This document shows positions 9,963 through 19,880 of a stretch of 64,000 bases of DNA, piece by piece. The notes beneath the pieces were generated by a model that saw only the letters and a program-made list of their open reading frames with translations, was not told where the DNA came from and ran no database searches. The stretch is from Acidobacteriota bacterium (GTDB lineage Bacteria > Acidobacteriota > UBA6911 > RPQK01 > JAJDTT01): contig OZ253580.1 in NCBI GenBank assembly GCA_965263035.1, forward strand, positions 1,376,001 to 1,440,000, written 5' to 3'. The first letter of the stretch is position 1, and the number at the start of each line of letters is the position of its first letter. The translations under genes and the position numbers were made by a program.

Positions 9963-11288
9963 ATGGTGAAACCGATCGAGCGAAGAAGTTTTCTGAAGAG
10001 TTCCGCCGGTGTGGTGGCTACGGCCGCCGTGACCAGCGGTTCCGCCGCGAGTCTCCTGTCCCGGGCCGATGCCAACGACACCATCCGGGCGGGGGTGGTC
10101 GGACTCCGAGGCCGGGGAAAGTCTCACCTCAAGGGTTTCTCCGGATTGCCCAAGGTGGAAGTCGTGGCGTTGTGCGACGTGGACGAGAGCATCATGGCCG
10201 AGCGCGCCTCCGACCTGGAGAAGCTGACGGGACGGAAGGCCCGGACCTACACCGACATGCGCCGGTTGCTGGAGGCCAAGGACATCGACGTGGTGGGATT
10301 CGCCACGCCCAACCACTGGCACGCGCTGGGCGGGATCTGGGCCTGCCAGGCGGGCAAGGACGTGTACGTGGAAAAGCCCTGCTCCCACAACATCTTCGAA
10401 GGCCGGAAGCTGGTGGAAGCGGCCCGCCGCTACGGCCGCATCGTCCAGCACGGCACCCAGTCCCGGTCCAGCGTCGGCGTTCGCGATGGAATTCAGAAGC
10501 TCCGGGAAGGCGTGATCGGGGATGTCTACATGGCCAAGGGACTTTGCTACAAGTGGAGAAAAACCATCGGCCACACCCCGGAAGAGCCGGCTCCCAACGG
10601 AGTCCACTACGATCTTTGGCTGGGGCCCGCTCCCCAGCGTCCCTACAGCCGCAACCGGTTCCACTACAACTGGCACTGGCACTGGGACTACGGCAACGGG
10701 GACATCGGGAACCAGGGAGTGCACGAGATGGACATGGCCCGTTGGGGACTGGGAGTGGGACTGCCCACCAAGGTCCAATCCTCCGGCGGCCACTACATGT
10801 TCGACGACGACCAGGAGACCCCCAACTGCCAGTTGGCCACCTTCGAGTACCCGGACCAGAAGAAACAGTTGGTCTTCGAAGTGCGCCACTGGATCACCAA
10901 CCACGAAGCCGGCCTCGGCCAGGGGGAGTCCAACGAAGTGGGGGTCCTCTTTCTCGGCTCCGAGGGCTACATGGTCATGCAAGGCGGCAAGGGTTACAGG
11001 ACCTACCTGGGACGGAAACAGGAACCGGGCCCGACCCGCATGGAAACGGGCAACCACTTTGCCAACTTCATCCAGGCCGTCCGTTCCCGCCGGACGGAGG
11101 ATCTGAACGCCGAGATCGAAGAGGGCCACCTCTCTTCGGCGCTCTGTCACCTGGCGAACATGGCCTACCGCACCGGCCGGACGCTGAACTTCGATCCCGC
11201 GACCGAGACCGTCCGGGGCGACGGCGAGGCCAGCGCCCTGCTGACGCGCGGCTACCGGGCTCCCTTCGTGGTTCCCGAAGTGGTCTGA
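9963..11288 (+). CDS. Tat-exported Gfo/Idh/MocA oxidoreductase
   Basis: RRSFLK Tat motif, ATPNHWH, KDVYVEKP, GDIGNQGVHEMD. Confidence 0.93.
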   Translation: MVKPIERRSFLKSSAGVVATAAVTSGSAASLLSRADANDTIRAGVVGLRGRGKSHLKGFSGLPKVEVVALCDVDESIMAERASDLEKLTGRKARTYTDMRRLLEAKDIDVVGFATPNHWHALGGIWACQAGKDVYVEKPCSHNIFEGRKLVEAARRYGRIVQHGTQSRSSVGVRDGIQKLREGVIGDVYMAKGLCYKWRKTIGHTPEEPAPNGVHYDLWLGPAPQRPYSRNRFHYNWHWHWDYGNGDIGNQGVHEMDMARWGLGVGLPTKVQSSGGHYMFDDDQETPNCQLATFEYPDQKKQLVFEVRHWITNHEAGLGQGESNEVGVLFLGSEGYMVMQGGKGYRTYLGRKQEPGPTRMETGNHFANFIQAVRSRRTEDLNAEIEEGHLSSALCHLANMAYRTGRTLNFDPATETVRGDGEASALLTRGYRAPFVVPEVV

Positions 11289-12784
11289 GTCGACCAGATG
11301 GTGAGAGCTTCCGCCGGAGCCCACGCCGGCGGACGTAAAATCCGGCTGCACAAGTAGGCCGCCATGAGGCAGCTGCCTGCGGACACCGGTCCGTACAGGA
11401 GCCAGTGCACCTGAGTGTGGTTCTGCACGTAGTAGGACAGAGGCAGAACCACGGCCAAGGTCGCCGCCAACCAGCCTCGAAAGTGCCCCCGCCGGGTCAG
11501 TAGTCCCAGCAGGAACAGGGCCGTCACCGGCGCACCGACGTAGCCGGTGACCTGATGCACCGCCTTGATGATGCCTTCGACATTGGAAAACAGGAGTGCC
11601 GTCAGCGTGGCAACGGCGCCCAACCCCACCGTGATTCCCCGCGCCATCATCAGCGACTGCCGCTCCGTGAACCGGATTGAGGCCAGGGGTTTCACCAGGT
11701 CCACGACGATCACGGTGCTTATGGAGTGGATGCCCGAATCCAGCGTGGACATCGATGCCGCGAAGACGCCGGCGATCAGGAGCCCGGAGGCGCCCACCGG
11801 CAGGGCGTGGACGATATAGTAGGGCAGGATCCGGTCCCCCGCCACTCCTTCGGCAAGACGTTCCGGAAAACTCTGGAAATACGCGTATAGTCCGAGCCCG
11901 ATGAAGAAGAGGAGGCCGACCACCAGAAGCTGCAGGAACACGTCCAGGAACACGGCCTTGTACATCTGCCGAAGGTTTCTCACCGCCAGCAGGCGCTGAA
12001 TGGTGACCTGCGCGGTCCCGTACTGGCTGAAGACGACCACCAAGTTGCAGATGGCGACGGTGATCAAGTTGGCCTGATCAAACCGGAACCCGAACTCGAG
12101 GCGGGGAAGCTTGTCGGCCGCGAGGGCCATCTCCAGGATCTGACCCACGCCGCCGGGAAGGCTCGAACTCAGAGAGACCACCACGAGCAGGGCGCCCGAA
12201 CTCAGGACCAGGAACTGGATCACGTCGGTCCAGATGACTGCGGCCAATCCTCCCAGCGCCGTATAGAGGGTGGCCACCGCGCCCATGACCAGGATGGAGC
12301 CGACCAGGTCCATACCGGTGACGGTCGAGAGCGCCAGCGCGGGCGCATAGAGCGCCAGTCCCATCCAGCCCTGGATCTGAAGGATCGCGAACACCGAGGT
12401 GGCATAGCGGGCGGGCCGGCCGAAGCGCCGGTTGACGTACTCGTAAATCGAGGTGACGTCGAGCCGCCGGTAGATGGGGAAGAAGAGGAGGATGACCAAA
12501 GGGGCCGTCATCAGGAGGATGACCGGACCCAGCACAAAGGAGGCGTTTTCCTCGTAGGCCAACGCCGGAGCCCCCAGGTAGGAGAGGGCGCTCAGCAGGC
12601 TGGCGGACAGGCTCAGCGAGACTGCCAGCCATGGCATCCGCCCGCCGGCCAGAAAATAGGTGCGGGTGTCCTTCTGCCGTCCCGAAAGGACCACTGCCAG
12701 GAGGGTGACCAGCAGCAGGTAGGCCACCAGGACCGAAGTGTTGACGGCGCCGAAGGAAGGCTGTTCCACGCTGATCCGGGACAC
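11252..12784 (-). CDS. Sodium:solute symporter (SSS family)
   Basis: YFLAGGRMPW, YTALGGLAAVIWTDVIQF, AASMSTLDSGIHS; about 13 TM helices. Confidence 0.93.
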   Translation of the reverse strand: MSRISVEQPSFGAVNTSVLVAYLLLVTLLAVVLSGRQKDTRTYFLAGGRMPWLAVSLSLSASLLSALSYLGAPALAYEENASFVLGPVILLMTAPLVILLFFPIYRRLDVTSIYEYVNRRFGRPARYATSVFAILQIQGWMGLALYAPALALSTVTGMDLVGSILVMGAVATLYTALGGLAAVIWTDVIQFLVLSSGALLVVVSLSSSLPGGVGQILEMALAADKLPRLEFGFRFDQANLITVAICNLVVVFSQYGTAQVTIQRLLAVRNLRQMYKAVFLDVFLQLLVVGLLFFIGLGLYAYFQSFPERLAEGVAGDRILPYYIVHALPVGASGLLIAGVFAASMSTLDSGIHSISTVIVVDLVKPLASIRFTERQSLMMARGITVGLGAVATLTALLFSNVEGIIKAVHQVTGYVGAPVTALFLLGLLTRRGHFRGWLAATLAVVLPLSYYVQNHTQVHWLLYGPVSAGSCLMAAYLCSRILRPPAWAPAEALTIWSTQTTSGTTKGAR

Positions 12785-12813
12785 TCCTTCCTTTGGGGTC
12801 CCCGTCCACGGAC

Positions 12814-12822
12814 TGCTATACT
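12814..12822 (+). promoter_or_regulatory. Putative extended -10 promoter (TGCTATACT) of tRNA-Val
   Basis: TGnTATACT located 46 nt upstream of the tRNA. Confidence 0.55.
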
Positions 12823-12868
12823 GATTTGGCCTTAGAAACTCGTCTTCGAGTCCGCCGGACTCGGTTGT

Positions 12869-12944
12869 GGGCGGTTAGCTCAGCTGGGAGAGCGCCTCCC
12901 TTACAAGGAGGAGGTCGGCAGTTCGAACCTGCCACCGCCCACCA
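12869..12944 (+). tRNA. tRNA-Val(TAC)
   Basis: Acceptor stem GGGCGGT/ACCGCCC, D-arm TAGCTCAGCTGGGAGAGC, anticodon stem CCTCC/GGAGG with loop CTTACAA, T-loop GTTCGAAC, encoded CCA; 76 nt. Confidence 0.98.
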
Positions 12945-12957
12945 GATCCCGCCTCGC

Positions 12958-13782
12958 TCACGATTCTTCAGTCTTCCGGTTCAACTCTCTCGATCGGGCC
13001 GTCGCCGCTGCTACTGCGCTCATGAGCGCGGCGCGCAGGCCCCGATCTTCCAGCTCCCTCAATGCTGCCGCGGTGGTGCCGCCGGGCGTCGTCACCCGAT
13101 CCCGCAGCACCGCCGGATGGTCGCCGCTTTCCTGCACCTGCCTGGCCGCCCCCAGCACGGTCTGAGCGGCCAGCTTCATGGCCACGTCCCGGGGCAGCCC
13201 CATATGGACCCCGCCGTCGCAGAGGGCCTCGATGACGGTGTAGACGTAAGCCGGACCGCTGCCGCTGAGCCCGGTGACGGCGTCCAGGAGCTTCTCCTCC
13301 ACCCGGACCACTTCTCCCACCGCCCCGAAGAGGGACTCGGCCGCCTGGTAGTGCTCTTCCGTCGCCGGATCGCAGCCCGCGATAGCGCTGGCCGCGGCAT
13401 CCACGGTGGCCGCGATGTTGGGCATGACGCGGACCACCGGGTTGTTCTTTCCCAGAAGGTCCCGAATGCGGGTGCTCTCGACCCCGGCCAGGATGGAGAT
13501 GACGAGTTGACTGGGGCGCACGGAATCGCGAATGTCAGCGGCCACTTTGGGAAGGATCTGAGGCTTGACCGCAAGGATGATGACATCGGCTCCGGCAACA
13601 TGGGGACCCGGAGTGACGTCGACTTCCACGCCATGGCGGGACCGGAGTGTTTCCAGCAGGCCGGGCAGGATGTCGATCACGGTGATCTTCCCGGCCGGGG
13701 CCAGTCCGGACTGGATGATCCCCCGGAGCAGGGCCGATCCCATGTTTCCCCCACCGATCAGGAGAACGTTTTTTTCATTCAT
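12958..13782 (-). CDS. proC: Pyrroline-5-carboxylate reductase
   Basis: GGGNMG, LAVKPQ, VRVMPN, TGLSGSGPAY, VTTPGGTT. Confidence 0.97.
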   Translation of the reverse strand: MNEKNVLLIGGGNMGSALLRGIIQSGLAPAGKITVIDILPGLLETLRSRHGVEVDVTPGPHVAGADVIILAVKPQILPKVAADIRDSVRPSQLVISILAGVESTRIRDLLGKNNPVVRVMPNIAATVDAAASAIAGCDPATEEHYQAAESLFGAVGEVVRVEEKLLDAVTGLSGSGPAYVYTVIEALCDGGVHMGLPRDVAMKLAAQTVLGAARQVQESGDHPAVLRDRVTTPGGTTAAALRELEDRGLRAALMSAVAAATARSRELNRKTEES

Positions 13783-13817
13783 GAGACTCCCTGAACCAAC
13801 AGTCGGACAAAGTTTAG

Positions 13818-13852
13818 CAGTCCATGGAAAACGCCGCCGCCGAGTTCGACCG
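13818..13852 (+). repeat. Degenerate end of MITE family B
   Basis: 26/35 ungapped identity to the family-B end CAGCCCGTGGCAAAAGTCGTCGCGGCATTCGACCG; preceded by TTAG. Confidence 0.6.
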
Positions 13853-14054
13853 AACGATCGTCAGCAAGCATCCTCATCTTCCTCCCAAAGCTCAGGTAAG
13901 ACCGGATCGGGACCGTCCGGGACGAGGGAGCATGCAGACGTGGGAAAGTTCGTCTTCGGAGGATATCATGGGCGTCTCATGGCGTATTCGGATCCTTGGA
14001 AGCGGTGCATCACGGCGGCATAGTAGACTGGGGCGAACAGGCGCGGAACGAGAT

Positions 14055-15119
14055 ATGGAGAATCGATACGAACGCTGGTCCAAGATCTCTCTGAGCGGAG
14101 AATTCTTCCCCCGGGAAGACGCGTTGGAGGTGCTGACCGATCCCACCGTCGACATCCTCCGCCTGGTGGCGGCCGCCGGCGACGTGCGGATGGCCCGCTT
14201 TGGGCGCAAGGTCAAGGTCCACCAGATCAACAACATCAAGAACGGGCTCTGCCCCGAGGACTGCGGCTACTGCGCCCAGTCCAAGATCTCGCAGACTCCC
14301 TTGCGCAAGTACGTCATGAAGGACGAGGAATCCATCGTGCAGGAGGCCCGGGAGGCCAAAGCCCAGGGAGTCTACCGTTATTGCATGGTGGCCAGCGGGC
14401 GCGGGCCCACACCCCACGAAGCGGCCAAACTGGCCCGGATCATCCGCCGCATCGACCAGGAGGTGGGGATCCGGACCTGCCTCTCGGCGGGTCTGGTGGA
14501 CTTGGAGAAGGCGAGCCTGTTCAAACGGGCCGGCCTGGACCGGCTCAATCACAATCTGAACACCAGCCGCCGCCACACCGGCAGGATCGTGGGCACGCAC
14601 ACCTACCAGGACCGGATCGCCACCCTGGAAGCGGCCACTCAAGCGGGACTGGAAAGCTGCAGCGGCATGATCACCGGAATGGGCGAGACGGACGAGGACA
14701 TCCTGGACGTGGCCTACGAGCTCCGCTCGCTGGAAGTCCCTTCCATCCCGGTCAACTTCCTCATCCCCATCGAGGGAAACCCGGTGTACGACTTCGACCA
14801 ACTGTCCCCGCTTCGCTGCCTTCGGATCCTCTGCGCCTTCCGATTCGTCAACCCGCGGGCGGAGATCCGGGTCGCCGCCGGGCGGGAAGGCCACCTCCGC
14901 CAACTGCAGGTCCTTTCCCTCTACCCGGCGAACTCCCTCTTTGTGGACGGTTACCTGGCCACACGCGGCGACCCCAAGCAGCCCGTGTACCGCATGATTC
15001 GGGACGCCGGTTTCGAGATCGAAGGGGAACCGCCCCCGGGCGCATCCCGGACCTCCGCTCAGAATTACGCCATTGACGACAATCCCAGCATCCTGAATCC
15101 CAAGACGGCACGGGTGTAG
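14055..15119 (+). CDS. bioB: Biotin synthase
   Basis: CPEDCGYCAQS radical-SAM motif, NHNLNTS, CSGMITGMGE, SIPVNFL, AGRE. Confidence 0.96.
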   Translation: MENRYERWSKISLSGEFFPREDALEVLTDPTVDILRLVAAAGDVRMARFGRKVKVHQINNIKNGLCPEDCGYCAQSKISQTPLRKYVMKDEESIVQEAREAKAQGVYRYCMVASGRGPTPHEAAKLARIIRRIDQEVGIRTCLSAGLVDLEKASLFKRAGLDRLNHNLNTSRRHTGRIVGTHTYQDRIATLEAATQAGLESCSGMITGMGETDEDILDVAYELRSLEVPSIPVNFLIPIEGNPVYDFDQLSPLRCLRILCAFRFVNPRAEIRVAAGREGHLRQLQVLSLYPANSLFVDGYLATRGDPKQPVYRMIRDAGFEIEGEPPPGASRTSAQNYAIDDNPSILNPKTARV

Positions 15120-15126
15120 GGGCAGG

Positions 15127-16083
15127 ATGAAGAGGCAGGAACCAGGAATGAGTTCCCGACCCGGCCCGCCATCACTCGAGAGGGGCATCATCTCCGTCAT
15201 CCAGACTCCCTTCGATTCCCAGGGCGCCGTAGACCGGCCCTCTCTGGACAATCTGGTGGAGGACGCCATCGCAGGAGGCGTGAACGGCTTCATGGTTCCG
15301 GCGGTGGCCAGCGAGGTCGCCTGCCTCACCCCCGAAGAGCGCTCCGGCATCGTCCGCCGTGTCACCGAGATCGTGGCCGGGCGTGTCCCCATCATCGTGG
15401 GAGCCTCCGAAACCCGGCCTCGCCTCTGCATCGAGCAGGCCCATCTGGCCCGGGAGGTCGGGGCCGCCGCTTACATGGTGGCGGTGCCCACCGAGCTGTA
15501 CCGCGATCCGGAACAGGTGGAACCGTTCTTTCGGGAGGTGGTCGAGGGCGCCGGGGATTTCCCCCTGATGCTGCAGGACCTCGATTTCACCGGCACGGGT
15601 CTGGAACCCGAGACGATCCGCCGGCTCACCCAGGTGCTCCCCAGCCTGTCCTCGCTCAAGATCGAGTCGAATCCGGCCGGACCCAAGTACACGGCCATCC
15701 GGGAGATCTGCGGCGACGAAATGTTCCTCGCCGGAGGATGGGCCATCGGCCAGATGATCGAGGCGCTGGATCGTGGAGTGGACGCCATGATTCCCGAATG
15801 CTCCATGGTGCGGGTCTGGTCAGCTGTCGACCGCTGTTACCGCAATGGACATCGGCAGCAAGCGATCCGAATCTTCAATCGTGTCCAGCCCGTCGTGGGT
15901 TTTACCCACCAGGACCTGTTGGTGGCCATCGCTTTCGGAAAGCGGCTGCTGGTGCGAAAAGGCATCTTCGCCACCGACCGCATGCGGTTCGGCGATTTCC
16001 GGTGGGACCGGTACAACGGCCGTGTCGCCGACGAGCTCATCGACTACTACCTGGAGTTGGAGGCATCCGTTTCCTCTGCCTGA
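15127..16083 (+). CDS. Dihydrodipicolinate synthase (DapA)-family aldolase/dehydratase
   Basis: TPFD..G.VD, GRVPIIVG, Schiff-base Lys in LKIES. Start may be 15148. Confidence 0.88.
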   Translation: MKRQEPGMSSRPGPPSLERGIISVIQTPFDSQGAVDRPSLDNLVEDAIAGGVNGFMVPAVASEVACLTPEERSGIVRRVTEIVAGRVPIIVGASETRPRLCIEQAHLAREVGAAAYMVAVPTELYRDPEQVEPFFREVVEGAGDFPLMLQDLDFTGTGLEPETIRRLTQVLPSLSSLKIESNPAGPKYTAIREICGDEMFLAGGWAIGQMIEALDRGVDAMIPECSMVRVWSAVDRCYRNGHRQQAIRIFNRVQPVVGFTHQDLLVAIAFGKRLLVRKGIFATDRMRFGDFRWDRYNGRVADELIDYYLELEASVSSA

Positions 16084-16103
16084 GACCAGGAATGGAGAGT
16101 TTC

Positions 16104-18548
16104 ATGAATGGATCCGGGACGGCGCGTGGCCTGGACCGGTGGGTTCCAGCAGCCCGTGGTGAAAGTCGTCACAGCATTCGACCGTCCCTGCATCCCGGAG
16201 GACTGCTAGTTCCGCTCGCTTTCCTTCTGGCCTTCGCCGGGCTCAGTGCCAGCCCTGTAAAGGCATCCACTCCCGCGCCGGCAGGCGCCCCGAGCTGCGC
16301 CATCGTTGTAGGATCCCAGGCGCCGGAATTGGAGCGCTACGCCGCCCGCGAGCTTCGCCGCTACCTGAGCGATCTGTACGGCATCCAGGCGGACCCTCTC
16401 ACCACGATTTCCCCTCAGGCCGACGTCAACCTGATCCTGGGCAGCCCGGGGACCAACCGATCCGTCTCCCTGGTGATGGGCGAGCAGGGCTGGCCTCAGG
16501 TCAGCGATCAGGGATTGGTCCTGAAGACCGTCACCTGGAACGGCAAGCCGGCGGTGGTTGTGGGGGGAGGCAGCCCGGCGGCCACTCTCTGGGCCGTCTA
16601 CGACTTGCTGGAGAACCTGGGCGTGCGGTTTCTCCTGGAAAAGGACGTGCTTCCCGCGCAGCCGGCCCAGTTCCCCCCCCAGGGCCTGGACAAGGTCCGG
16701 GAGCCACGCTTTCGTTTCCGCTCCTACCGGGCCATCAACAACCTGGCCACGTCGCTCATCTTCTACGGAATGGACGACTACCGGCATCTCATCGATCAGT
16801 TGGCCAAGTTGAAGTTCAACGTCCTGTACTGTCAGATCTATCCCCATCAGCCCTTCGTCCATTTTCAATTCCGGGACCAGCCCAAGACGACCGGTGTGTT
16901 CCACTACGGTTGGAAGGTGCCGATCCATGGAGAGACCATCGGGCGCGAACTCTTCGGCGGCCGTACTGAACTCGTGAACCCGGACCTGGCCGGAGCCGAG
17001 ACCTACGAGGAACGGGTTCGCGCGGCCCAGAAGCTGCTGCACGGCCTGCTGGCCTACGCCAAGAGCCGGGGGATGCTGACCGGCATCAACTTCCGGATCA
17101 ACCAGTTCACCAACGAATTCAACTGGCGGCTTCCCGAATGGTCCGACCGTGAATACGTCCCCAGAGAGCTGATGAAGGGCACGCACAACGGCCGGCTGGG
17201 CATCTCCGAGTACGGCGTGGATCCCACGGCCTTCCCCTACATGACCCCGGACAACCCGGTGGTCACCGGCCTGAACAAGGCCATCATCCGGGCTCACATC
17301 AACACCTATCCGGAGGCGGACTTCTACGGCCTGACCCAGCCCGAGAATCCGGGAGGCGGCGAGTATTACAAGGCCATGTGGGAGCGGCTGGACCGCAAAT
17401 ACAAACTGGAGCCCCGATTCAGTCTGGAACGGATGGAGGAGTCGGCCCGAACCAACACCCTGCCGGTGGGCGTCCGCAGCCCAGGCCGGCCCCTGTATGA
17501 ACTCAAGGGGGCCATCGCCAACGCCGACACTCTGGACAAGCTTCTCAACGAGGAGCGGATCCTGGAAGGGACCGCCAATCCGGACGCCACCGTCGTGGTC
17601 GCCACCTTCAGCGACGAGTTCTACCCGGTCATGCTCAAGATCTTCCCGGAACGTTCACTGCTTCTGGTCCGGATGGACTACCTGACCTCGCTGGCGGCCC
17701 GCCGCACGGAGATGCTGTCCTTTGCCAGCGAGCATCCGGGGCAGGTGGCCACTCTGGCGACTCTGGCGGACGACAACGTGGGCATCCTGCCCCAGCTCCC
17801 CACGCAGCCGCTGCACCGCATTCTGCAGGCCATGGAACGGTACGGCGTGCACGGCTTCTTCGGCCGGCAGTTCCTGGTGACCAAGCTGGAAGCGGGAACG
17901 GCCTATCTGGCCCAGGCCTCCTGGTCCTCGGAGGTGACTCCCGAATCGGTCTATCGGGACCAGGTGGAACAGGTCTGCGGCTCCGAAGCCGTCCCCGAGA
18001 TGATGGAGTTCTACCGAACCTTGGAAAGGGCCACGGCCCGGGGGGACGAGATCGCCATGGGGTTCCTCTTTCCGGTCACCCGGATGATGCGCAAGCACTG
18101 GCACAGCCTGCAGGGTCCGGTCCCGGAATGGAACGAACTGAAGGCCTTCTACGTGGAGGCCGTCCCCCTGCTGGAGTCCGCGCTGGAGAAGACGCGGCCC
18201 GAGGGACGGAGCTACCTGGAGCAGCTCCTGGGGCAGGTCCGTTTCGGCGTCGACTACATTGAAGCCGTGCAGACGGTTCGCCGGGCCCGGGTCGAATACG
18301 ATCTCTCCCAGCAGGCTTTCGTCGGGAAAGACGCCCGCAGTTTCGAGAAGCGGATCAGGGGAGCTCACCGGAGTCTTGAGAAGGCGGTGGAGCTTCTGGG
18401 CTCGGGGATCCAGTCCTGGGCCGGCGCCGTCCGCGATCCTTCCGATCTGGGGGCCCTGGGCGTCCTCAATTACTTCTGCCGCGACTACCTCAAGGGAGTC
18501 GCCCTGGACGTCTACCTGGAAGCGGAAAACTGGAGAATGCAGTTCTGA
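16104..18548 (+). CDS. Large secreted glycoside hydrolase-like protein (GH67/GH20-type N-terminal domain)
   Basis: Signal peptide, ERYAARELRRYL, GGGSPAATLWAVYDLLE.LGVRF, EPRFRFR. The leader contains an in-frame MITE-B fragment. Confidence 0.7.
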   Translation: MNGSGTARGLDRWVPAARGESRHSIRPSLHPGGLLVPLAFLLAFAGLSASPVKASTPAPAGAPSCAIVVGSQAPELERYAARELRRYLSDLYGIQADPLTTISPQADVNLILGSPGTNRSVSLVMGEQGWPQVSDQGLVLKTVTWNGKPAVVVGGGSPAATLWAVYDLLENLGVRFLLEKDVLPAQPAQFPPQGLDKVREPRFRFRSYRAINNLATSLIFYGMDDYRHLIDQLAKLKFNVLYCQIYPHQPFVHFQFRDQPKTTGVFHYGWKVPIHGETIGRELFGGRTELVNPDLAGAETYEERVRAAQKLLHGLLAYAKSRGMLTGINFRINQFTNEFNWRLPEWSDREYVPRELMKGTHNGRLGISEYGVDPTAFPYMTPDNPVVTGLNKAIIRAHINTYPEADFYGLTQPENPGGGEYYKAMWERLDRKYKLEPRFSLERMEESARTNTLPVGVRSPGRPLYELKGAIANADTLDKLLNEERILEGTANPDATVVVATFSDEFYPVMLKIFPERSLLLVRMDYLTSLAARRTEMLSFASEHPGQVATLATLADDNVGILPQLPTQPLHRILQAMERYGVHGFFGRQFLVTKLEAGTAYLAQASWSSEVTPESVYRDQVEQVCGSEAVPEMMEFYRTLERATARGDEIAMGFLFPVTRMMRKHWHSLQGPVPEWNELKAFYVEAVPLLESALEKTRPEGRSYLEQLLGQVRFGVDYIEAVQTVRRARVEYDLSQQAFVGKDARSFEKRIRGAHRSLEKAVELLGSGIQSWAGAVRDPSDLGALGVLNYFCRDYLKGVALDVYLEAENWRMQF
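16150..16205 (+). mobile_element. Shortened MITE family B copy inside the coding leader
   Basis: First 45 nt match 58041-58085 almost exactly; ends in GGACTG; flanks CCAG/CTAG. Confidence 0.8.
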
Positions 18549-18620
18549 GGAATAGAGGAAAGCAGGAAAGAGAAAAGCTCCCCCACCGGCCCGGTCCGGC
18601 GGACGCCCGGTAGAAAAAGG

Positions 18621-18693
18621 GTAGGAGCGCCGGTTTCCAACCGCCGAACTCCGGTGGAGCATGGAGGAATGGGCGACTGGAAGTCGCCCCTCC
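18621..18693. repeat. REP/REPIN-like palindromic doublet
   Basis: GTAGGAGCGCCGGTTTCCAACCGCC ... GGCGACTGGAAGTCGCCCCTCC: two imperfect palindromes in inverted arrangement, intergenic. Confidence 0.6.
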
Positions 18694-18782
18694 TTGTTTC
18701 TTAGAAGAGTGAAGAATGGCGGGTCGTTGACGCGTAGCGGGCCGCGGGCCGGTGGGGAAATTTCTAACGGGATAACGAATCA

Positions 18783-19841
18783 ATGGAATCGAGAGTTTTT
18801 TCGGCCGACGAGTTGAGGGATCTGGCCCGGCGAATCTTCGCCGCCGCCGGCTCCAACGAGCGGGAGGCGCTCAACATCGCCACCCGCCTGGTGAAAAGCA
18901 ACCTGGTCGGACACGACTCCCACGGGGTCATTCGGATCCCGCGCTACTGGGAGTGGATCAAGAAGGGCCTGGTCCTGTCCAACCGGAAAGTGACGTTCGC
19001 GTTGGACCGGGGTCCGATTGCGGTGCTCGACGGAAACAGCGGCTTTGGACAGTCGACCGGAGAGCAGACCATGGAAATCGCCGTCGACCGGGCCCGGCGT
19101 CACGGTTGCAGCATGGTGGGACTCCGAAACACGGGACACCTGGGGCGGATCGGCGATTGGCCCGAGATGGCGACCGCCGCGGGAATGCTCAGCCTGCACT
19201 TCGTGAACACCAGCGGAATGGGCAATCTGGTGGCGCCCTACGGCGGCAAGGACCGGCGCCTCTCCGCCAATCCCATCGCCTTCGGCGTTCCTCAGCGAGA
19301 GGGCCCTCCCCTGATCATGGACATGTCCGCCTGCATGATCGCCGAGGGGAAGGTCCGGGTGGCTCTCCACCAAGGCGTGCGAGTCCCCGACGGGTGCCTC
19401 ATCGACTCGGAGGGCCGTCCCACCAACGATCCCGAACTCTTCTACCGGCATCCTCCCGGTTCCATACTCCCCATTGCGGGACACAAGGGCTACATCCTGA
19501 GCTTCATGATCGAAATACTGGCGGGAGCCCTCACCGGCGGATCGTGCACCAATCCCGCCAACGCCCACCGGCTGGCCAACGGAATGTTCACCATCGTTAT
19601 CGACCGGAGCTGGTTCGCGGACCGTGACGAGTTCTTCGACGAGGTCGACCGGTACGTCCGGTACGTGAAGAGTGCCCGCACCATCGATCCCGACGGTGAG
19701 ATCCTCGTCCCCGGCGAGTTGGAGGTGCGCACGTCGGAGCGGAGAACGCGGGAAGGGATTCCGCTGGCCGGGACCACCATCGGGCAGATCCTCCAGGTCT
19801 GCGAAGAGTTGAATATCGACTCGGGATGGGAAACCGGCTGA
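18783..19841 (+). CDS. Ldh_2 family (malate/lactate/ureidoglycolate-type) 2-hydroxyacid dehydrogenase
   Basis: GHDSHG, DGNSGFGQ, HLGRIG, NPIAFG, GHKGY, PGE motifs. Confidence 0.92.
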   Translation: MESRVFSADELRDLARRIFAAAGSNEREALNIATRLVKSNLVGHDSHGVIRIPRYWEWIKKGLVLSNRKVTFALDRGPIAVLDGNSGFGQSTGEQTMEIAVDRARRHGCSMVGLRNTGHLGRIGDWPEMATAAGMLSLHFVNTSGMGNLVAPYGGKDRRLSANPIAFGVPQREGPPLIMDMSACMIAEGKVRVALHQGVRVPDGCLIDSEGRPTNDPELFYRHPPGSILPIAGHKGYILSFMIEILAGALTGGSCTNPANAHRLANGMFTIVIDRSWFADRDEFFDEVDRYVRYVKSARTIDPDGEILVPGELEVRTSERRTREGIPLAGTTIGQILQVCEELNIDSGWETG

Positions 19842-19880
19842 CCGGACCGGTTCCTTCCTGTCCGCTCCGGTAGATTCGCC

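Noticed and set aside
12869-12957. tRNA-Val as an integration site
   Set aside because: No integrase and no duplicated tRNA 3' end; proC follows immediately.
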